Positions 58,076-64,000 of a DNA stretch of 64,000 bases are shown in pieces. The DNA is from Bacteroidota bacterium. Its GTDB lineage: Bacteria > Bacteroidota > Bacteroidia > Bacteroidales > VadinHA17. Below the pieces are notes generated by a model that made no database searches, was not told the DNA's origin, and saw only the letters and a program-made list of their open reading frames with translations. Numbering within the stretch: the stretch's first letter is position 1; every line of letters begins with the position of its first letter. Both the position numbers and the translations under genes were made by a program. Location: the NCBI GenBank assembly GCA_022561875.1, contig JADFQJ010000010.1:3235-67234 (forward strand), written 5' to 3'.

Positions 58076-59305
58076 ATGAGTGAACAAATTGATAATTCAA
58101 AATACAGAAAATCAAAGCTGAAAGAGCTGATCTTAAAACTTCATAAAGGAGAATCGCAGGAAAGTGTTAAACAGGAGCTTCTGAAAAGTCTGAGCAGTAT
58201 TCCTTACGGAGAAGTAGTTGAAGTTGAACAGGAACTTATTGAAGAAGGGCTTCCCGAGGAGGAAATTCTGAAACTTTGTGATGCGCATTCCGCAGTGTTA
58301 CATGGAAGTATCGATCTGTCTGCATCCCGGCAGATACCACCGGGTCATCCTGTTGATATTATGATACAGGAAAACAAAGAATTGCTTAAAACTACTGAGC
58401 TGGCTTCTAAGCTTATTAATTCCTTTCAGGGTATAGAGGAAAATGAACTGGATCAGAAGATACTTGAATTAACAGGTTTGTTTAACAATTTAATGGATGT
58501 TGACAAACATTATCAACGTAAAGAGTATCTTATATTTCCTTATCTGGAACAAAAAGGAGTTACAGGTCCACCCAAAGTAATGTGGGGCAAACATGATGAG
58601 ATAAGAGAGCTGCTGAAAGGAAGTATAGAGATACTTAAAACCCCGGGTATATCAAAAGATGAAGTTATTGCTTCCGCAGAAATGGTATTGACCCTGGCGC
58701 TAAAAGGTGTTTCAGAAATGGTCATTAAAGAGGAAGAGATCTTATTCCCAATGGCTTTGGATATGTTGTCTGATGTTGACTGGTGGGAAATACAAAAACA
58801 ATCGATGGAAATTGGCTATTGTCTGTACGATCCCCAAACAGATTGGAAACCGGAAGGAATTAAAGAAGAAAGTATTGATGAAAGCCAGAAGCATGGTGAT
58901 AGCATTCATTTGCCTTCAGGCAGTTTTACTGCTGAAGAGATTTCGATTATTCTAAATACAATGCCTGTTGATATAACTTTTGTCGATAAAAATGATAAGG
59001 TGAAATATTTTTCTCAAAGCAGGGAGCGGATTTTCCAAAGAAACAGAGCTATAATAAATCGTGATGTCCGGCATTGTCATCCACCGGCAAGTGTCCATAT
59101 TGTGGATAAAATCCTTGATGATTTTAAAAAAGGCAAACAAGACCGGGCGCCTTTCTGGATAAACATGGGCGGGCGGTTAATTCATATAGAATATTTCGCA
59201 TTACGCAATGATAAAGGTGAATACATTGGCACTCTTGAAGTTTCGCAGGATCTGACTGAATACCGGAAGCTGGAAGGAGAGCGAAGAATATTATCATATA
59301 AATAA
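58076..59305 (+). CDS. DUF438 domain protein (hemerythrin-like plus PAS-like)
   Basis: 409 aa. The helical N-terminal half is hemerythrin/HHE-like (HYQRKEYLIFPYLE). The C-terminal half has DITFVDKNDKVKYFS...INRDVRHCHPP, typical of DUF438. Confidence 0.7.
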   Translation: MSEQIDNSKYRKSKLKELILKLHKGESQESVKQELLKSLSSIPYGEVVEVEQELIEEGLPEEEILKLCDAHSAVLHGSIDLSASRQIPPGHPVDIMIQENKELLKTTELASKLINSFQGIEENELDQKILELTGLFNNLMDVDKHYQRKEYLIFPYLEQKGVTGPPKVMWGKHDEIRELLKGSIEILKTPGISKDEVIASAEMVLTLALKGVSEMVIKEEEILFPMALDMLSDVDWWEIQKQSMEIGYCLYDPQTDWKPEGIKEESIDESQKHGDSIHLPSGSFTAEEISIILNTMPVDITFVDKNDKVKYFSQSRERIFQRNRAIINRDVRHCHPPASVHIVDKILDDFKKGKQDRAPFWINMGGRLIHIEYFALRNDKGEYIGTLEVSQDLTEYRKLEGERRILSYK

Positions 59306-59311
59306 ACCGAT

Positions 59312-59836
59312 ATGGATGCAAATGATAAACTTATTATAACTCCAAAAACAAAAATTTTTCATCTGATTGAAACATATCCTGAGTTGGAGGATATATTAAT
59401 TGAATATGCACCTGCTTTTAAAAAGCTGAAAAACCCTGTGCTGAGAAAAACAGTTGGCAGAATAGCAACAATACAACAAGCAGCAGCTATTGGAAATGTA
59501 AAGGTTGAAGATCTGATTAACCGGCTAAGGCAGGAAGTTGGACAGGATTTGTTTACAGCCGGTACGGAATACAATTACATTACCAAAAAACCGGATTGGT
59601 ATATTCCGGAAAAGGTGAAAACGGTTTTTGATATCAGAGAAATGCTGGAGAAGGGTGAGCGACCTGTTGATCAGGCTGTTACTGATTTGCAGAAACTGAA
59701 GAAAGATGAAATATATAAACTGCTTGCTCCTTTTTTGCCTGCACCGTTAATAGACAAAGCATCGAGTCTGAATATCGATCATTGGGTAGATAAGGCAGGT
59801 GATGAAGAATTTATAATATACTTTATTCGAAGCTAA
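59312..59836 (+). CDS. DUF1858 domain protein
   Basis: 174 aa. The N-terminus, ITPKTKIFHLIETYPELEDILIEY...TIQQAAAIGNVKVEDLINRL, fits the DUF1858 pattern. It starts 6 nt after the DUF438 gene. Confidence 0.65.
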   Translation: MDANDKLIITPKTKIFHLIETYPELEDILIEYAPAFKKLKNPVLRKTVGRIATIQQAAAIGNVKVEDLINRLRQEVGQDLFTAGTEYNYITKKPDWYIPEKVKTVFDIREMLEKGERPVDQAVTDLQKLKKDEIYKLLAPFLPAPLIDKASSLNIDHWVDKAGDEEFIIYFIRS

Positions 59837-59998
59837 AGGTTGAAAAAGTTCATAAGGCAATTGCCAAAGTTGGTCATGATATCGATATCTTACCCCCATT
59901 TTCCATAAGCTAAATATTTTTTCAAAATCATTTATCCCCTTCCATATTTATGAAAAAAACTTAATATTTGTTCAATGTTTTATTACTAAAAAATTTAA

Positions 59999-60006
59999 TA
60001 GCTTTG
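59999..60006 (+). promoter_or_regulatory. -7 box (TAGCTTTG) for pckA
   Basis: Fits TAnnTTTG and lies 38 nt upstream of ATG 60044. Confidence 0.45.
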
Positions 60007-60043
60007 AATGTATAAAAGAAAACAAATTTAACTTAGTTGAGTT

Positions 60044-61669
60044 ATGGAAGATTTGAATCATGGACAAAGAGAGAGCAGGGCAATTGAAGGTCAGTACAGT
60101 CTTGAATATCTCAATCTGCAGAACCTAAATACTATTTACTGGAATTTAACCACATCCGGGTTATATGAGGAGATTATCCGCCGCAGGGAAGGGATGTTAA
60201 CCCATTTGGGGCCGGTGCTGGTTCGTACAGGCGCTTATACTGGCCGGTCTCCAAATGATAAGTTTATCGTTAAAGAACCAACCACGGAAGATAAAATATG
60301 GTGGGGTTCCGTTAACCGTCCTTTTTATGAAGAGAAATTCGCTAACATTTGGCATCGTCTGCAGGCTTATTTGCAAGGCAGCGATGTATTTGTTCAGGAT
60401 TGTTACATAGGTGCTGATGAGAAATACCGCATTCCGTTGCGCGTTATTACGGAATATGCCTGGCATTCCCTGTTTGCCAGAAATATGTTTATCAGAATTA
60501 CAGACCCGGACGAACTTAAGAATCATATCCCGGCATATACAATTATTGACCTGCCCAAGTTTCATGCAGTTCCCGAACTTGACGGGACAAATTCCGAAGC
60601 CTTTATTTTACTTAATCTGGCTCAGAAGCTCGTTCTGATCGGTGGAACCAGCTACGGCGGAGAAATAAAAAAGTCAGCTTTTACGCTGATTAACTTTCTG
60701 CTTCCGGAGAAGGATGTTTTGCCAATGCACTGCAGTGCCAATGTCAGCAAAGAGGGAGATACAGCCCTGTTTTTCGGACTTTCCGGCACAGGTAAAACCA
60801 CACTTTCCGCTGATCCCGGGAGGGCGCTTATCGGGGATGATGAGCACGGCTGGAGCAAGGACGGTATATTTAATTTTGAAGGCGGTTGTTATGCGAAAGT
60901 CATTCGCCTTTCGAAGGAAGCCGAACCGGCTATTTATGCCACCACCCGCCGCTTCGGAACTATACTTGAAAACGTTTCTATTGATTCCTATTCGCGCAAG
61001 CCGGACCTGGACGATTCTTCATTAACAGAAAACACGAGGGCTTCATATCCTATCACACATTTGGATAATATTATCCCTGAAGGGAAAGGTGTGCATCCCA
61101 AAAATGTTATTTTCCTTACTGCCGATGCTTTCGGTGTGTTACCACCCATCTCAAAATTAACATCCGAACAGGCTATGTACCACTTTCTGCTTGGTTATAC
61201 CGCAAAAGTTGCCGGAACCGAGAGGGGTATCACTGAACCGCAGGCTACATTCAGCACTTGTTTCGGAGCGCCGTTTATGCCTCAGCACCCCAGCGTTTAT
61301 GCCAAATTATTGGGTGATAAGCTTCAAAAGCACAATGTGACCACCTGGTTAGTGAATACAGGTTGGACAGGCGGCCCATACGGAGTCGGTAACCGGATGC
61401 GTATTCAACATACCCGGGCATTGTTGAACAGTGCTTTGGAAGGGAAACTTGATGATGTTGAATTTGAAACCGACCCTGTCTTTGGACTAAATATTCCCAT
61501 ATCCTGTCCGGGTGTGCCATCAGAGATACTGAATCCCGGAAATACCTGGAAAGATAAAGCGGATTATGATGAAAAGGCAAAAGAACTGGCCGGAATGTTC
61601 AAAGAGAATTTCAAACAATACAAAGATTTCGTTTCATCTGAAGTTGACAAAGCCGGACCATCGGTATAG
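60044..61669 (+). CDS. pckA: Phosphoenolpyruvate carboxykinase (ATP)
   Basis: 541 aa. Motifs are YTGRSPNDKF, FFGLSGTGKTTLS and IGDDEHGW. Confidence 0.95.
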   Translation: MEDLNHGQRESRAIEGQYSLEYLNLQNLNTIYWNLTTSGLYEEIIRRREGMLTHLGPVLVRTGAYTGRSPNDKFIVKEPTTEDKIWWGSVNRPFYEEKFANIWHRLQAYLQGSDVFVQDCYIGADEKYRIPLRVITEYAWHSLFARNMFIRITDPDELKNHIPAYTIIDLPKFHAVPELDGTNSEAFILLNLAQKLVLIGGTSYGGEIKKSAFTLINFLLPEKDVLPMHCSANVSKEGDTALFFGLSGTGKTTLSADPGRALIGDDEHGWSKDGIFNFEGGCYAKVIRLSKEAEPAIYATTRRFGTILENVSIDSYSRKPDLDDSSLTENTRASYPITHLDNIIPEGKGVHPKNVIFLTADAFGVLPPISKLTSEQAMYHFLLGYTAKVAGTERGITEPQATFSTCFGAPFMPQHPSVYAKLLGDKLQKHNVTTWLVNTGWTGGPYGVGNRMRIQHTRALLNSALEGKLDDVEFETDPVFGLNIPISCPGVPSEILNPGNTWKDKADYDEKAKELAGMFKENFKQYKDFVSSEVDKAGPSV

Positions 61670-61891
61670 TAAATGATAAGATAATCTTTTTCTTTTCGAA
61701 ATCCCGGTTTACTTTCCTGATTCAATCTCTGAAAGAACTTTTAGCTTGAAACTTTCACTGTACTTCTTAATTGTCCTGTTGTCTTTTAACATTTTTAATA
61801 AGTATAGTGTAGACATTTTTCAGGACGGGTCAACATCTTACTCCTTACTAACTACTTCTTACTATTTACTTTTCTTTTGTGGTGTCATAAT

Positions 61892-62524
61892 TTATTTTAC
61901 CGGTCCCCAGTCTATTAATTTATCATTCATAAAGATCAGGTAGGTTGATGGGTAAAACCATTCTTCCTTAACCTGTCCGGGGTTTATAAAACGTTTAATT
62001 TTATCGGGACGACCCCAACTGTCTTCAACCATATGAGTGGTCATGTTACGCCATATCTTATGATCAAATATTTTCTGAGCTGTTTCCCAACCATATGTGT
62101 AACGTAAATAATCTAATTTGCTGGAAAATATGGTGGCAGTGTCTTGTTGATTCAAAACCTCAGGTGGTTTTTTAAAAAAACTCTGATCAGGGTTGATTTT
62201 AGAATTTTTCACAAACCCCTGGATAACATCGGTTTTAATGTAGTAATATTCATCCATAACATCCACAATAAAAATCCTTGTATCTGCAGGAATAATTGTC
62301 ATTACCGAGCTTAAGTTTCCCATATCGGAATATAGCCTGCATGCTGAAGATGTAACTGCGTTACTTTTAAAAGAAGTATCCGTAACTTCGGTCTGGTTAT
62401 TGAGTTCAGTTGAATTCTGTTCAAGCTGATCGAGTTTTCTCTCGAGTTCATCAAATTGTTGCGCGCTTAACGTGACAATAAATAAAAACCCGGGTATGAT
62501 GGTAAAAAGAATATTTCGGGACAT
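61892..62524 (-). CDS. Hypothetical secreted protein
   Basis: 210 aa. An N-terminal signal/anchor (ILFTIIPGFLFIVTLSA) is followed by a short coiled coil. I recognise no motif. Confidence 0.6.
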   Translation of the reverse strand: MSRNILFTIIPGFLFIVTLSAQQFDELERKLDQLEQNSTELNNQTEVTDTSFKSNAVTSSACRLYSDMGNLSSVMTIIPADTRIFIVDVMDEYYYIKTDVIQGFVKNSKINPDQSFFKKPPEVLNQQDTATIFSSKLDYLRYTYGWETAQKIFDHKIWRNMTTHMVEDSWGRPDKIKRFINPGQVKEEWFYPSTYLIFMNDKLIDWGPVK

Positions 62525-62898
62525 ATTTGTATTTTATTAAATTAATGCCATTCTTCAATGAATCAAAAACTATACCACACGAAATTAAATCATGATTGAA
62601 GAGCAGGTATTGCTTTGATTTTTTCAATAGTCCCCGGCAATATGTATCGGAATTTACTCACTTCGTTCATGAGATCGGGGCTGTCTCAAAAGAGGGTAAT
62701 TGTTACGATTCTTCTCTTTGCGGTTCTTTGTGTCTCCTTTGTGTTCTTTTGTGTAACAGTCATTTATACTTCGCATTTTTAAACCGGCAATCTGAAGACT
62801 GAGCTATTGTGGTCTGCCGACTATTAACTAATTATTTATGAAACCTGAAAATTAAAGTTTTTTTTGTATTTTTACTTAAAACAGTTAAGATTGTTACC

Positions 62899-63126
62899 AT
62901 GGAAGATAAAATGAAAAAATTCGAAGTCAGTGAGAACCTTCAGAAGTCGGTTATGAATATTATGTTTGTGATGCAGGAGAATTACAGTAAATATCCGGAA
63001 TATAAAACAATAATGATGAACCTGACTACTGTTTCGAAAGAATTAAACCTTATAAGGATAAAGGAGATAACCGGCGAACTTGAAGCATCTCAAGGCAAAA
63101 TAAAAAATGGAGCCGGAATGGATTAG
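62899..63126 (+). CDS. Hypothetical small protein
   Basis: This 75-aa ORF is the only one of its size in the gap. It has helical-looking composition and no recognisable motif. Confidence 0.35.
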   Translation: MEDKMKKFEVSENLQKSVMNIMFVMQENYSKYPEYKTIMMNLTTVSKELNLIRIKEITGELEASQGKIKNGAGMD

Positions 63127-63151
63127 TTAACACCGGTGGACTTTTACCTTT

Positions 63152-63334
63152 TTAAACCTCTTTTTTTTTCAACAGCATCAAACCATCTCTGACCGGGAGG
63201 ATTACGTTCTCAATCCGGATATCGTTGTGTACGAGTTCATTGAACTCCATGATCCCTTTCGTGAAGGGGTCATTTTTATATTATGCTGAATATCTTGTAA
63301 AAGTGCCTATTTCCATTTTTTTGTTATTTATCAT
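63152..63334 (-). pseudogene. Collapsed class-I SAM-dependent O-methyltransferase (PF01596-like) remnant
   Basis: The minus-strand frame reads MINNKKMEIGTFTRYSA*YKNDPFTKGIMEFNELVHNDIRIENVILPVRDGLMLLKKKEV*. MEIGTFTRYSA corresponds to SAM motif I (LEIGTFTGYSA). The tail is the family C-terminus (FN.L...D.R.E.V.LP.RDGL). About 130 codons between them are missing, and an in-frame TAA sits at the junction. Confidence 0.65.
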
Positions 63335-63343
63335 TGTAACTAA

Positions 63344-64000
63344 TTACCTGTAAACGAGCATTGAAAGTTGATCATTATCCAGGATTTCATTGGCAACCTC
63401 GATCAACCCTGAAGCAGTTATTGTTTCAATTTTCCGGTTAATTTCTTCAGGGCTTTCAACCTTTCCGTAAACCAGAAAGCTTTTACCGATGGCAAGCATC
63501 AGATTTTCGTTGATCTCTGATGACCGCATTAGCTGGCCCGTGAGTTGTCTTTTAGCCCGTGCCAATTGGATCTGGCCAAGTTTTTTGGTTTTCAATTTGT
63601 CAAATTCTTTATATGTCAGATTGATACTTTTATCCAGGTTCTTCCTGTCCGTCCCAAAATATATACTAAGCACACCGGTATCAAAGTATGGGGAATAATT
63701 GGATTCAATGTTATAGGCATATCCGTTTTTTTCCCTGAGTGAAAGGTTTAGCCTGGAATTCAATCCCTGTCCTCCTAAAATATTATTAAGCAGATGCAGA
63801 TCGGTGCGACGTTTATCATTCAGATCATATGCCCTGTTACCGATTATGCAATGTGATTGATAAGTATCTTTATTAATTACTTTTATTTCAGGATGGTATG
63901 ATCCGGCTTTTTTTCTTTGCCAGGTTCTATAAGTGGGAGGCACATTATTAAAATATTTTTCAAAATATTTCATTAGCCGTGAAAAAGATAAATTTCCAAC
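63344..64000 (-). CDS. M16 (pitrilysin/insulinase) family peptidase, C-terminal part; the N-terminus lies beyond the window
   Basis: The frame stays open to position 64000. LNNILGGQGLNSRLNLSLREKNGYAYNIES is typical of M16 C-terminal domains. Confidence 0.85.
   Translation of the reverse strand, partial: VGNLSFSRLMKYFEKYFNNVPPTYRTWQRKKAGSYHPEIKVINKDTYQSHCIIGNRAYDLNDKRRTDLHLLNNILGGQGLNSRLNLSLREKNGYAYNIESNYSPYFDTGVLSIYFGTDRKNLDKSINLTYKEFDKLKTKKLGQIQLARAKRQLTGQLMRSSEINENLMLAIGKSFLVYGKVESPEEINRKIETITASGLIEVANEILDNDQLSMLVYR

Noticed and set aside
61746-61943. A 65-aa plus-strand ORF, and a 68-aa ORF at 62596-62802
   Set aside because: Both are translations of CTTACTA-type and TTCTTTGTG-type arrays. 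They are low-complexity (LLTTSYYLLFF, SLCGSLCLLCVLLC) and one overlaps the end of the 61892-62524 gene.

Overview
This is a 64-kb chromosomal segment that reads as Bacteroidota, at roughly 40% GC by eye. The lineage call rests on four things: a T9SS type-B cargo / PorP-SprF / PD40-PKD gene trio, DUF4783, fused secDF, and TAnnTTTG -7 promoter boxes at consistent distances from gene starts. The window opens inside an rRNA operon (3' 2.5 kb of 23S, then 5S, then a terminator). Most of the rest is housekeeping: valS, pdxH, nadC, der, era, a pseudouridine synthase, glmM, mdh, secDF, tatA, mutS, tRNA-Gly(GCC), tRNA-Leu(TAA) and pckA. There are also envelope and transport genes: a LolE-like permease, a LolD-like ATPase, an HlyD/FtsX-permease/TolC triad and a sugar MFS transporter. 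Five things stand out. (1) An adjacent gatE-gatD pair of the archaeal GatDE type, with catalytic motifs intact, sits between a HEPN/nucleotidyltransferase pair and the rRNA operon. (2) Many intergenic spaces are filled, flush to the start and stop codons, with short degenerate tandem arrays of 7-9-nt words. The words come from a small lexicon that recurs at different loci and in both orientations. (3) There are two longer dispersed repeats. One is an 86/120-bp nested-hairpin element with four GTGAAAT boxes. The other is a 66/73-bp element whose two copies differ by exactly one heptad. (4) An unknown secreted protein is coupled to a propeller/PP2C transmembrane sensor. (5) Several genes have collapsed to remnants: a GH95 fragment 3' of tRNA-Leu, a four-helix-bundle protein and an O-methyltransferase. 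I saw no CRISPR array, integrase, transposase or prophage genes. All calls come from reading the translations and the sequence; no database search was possible.
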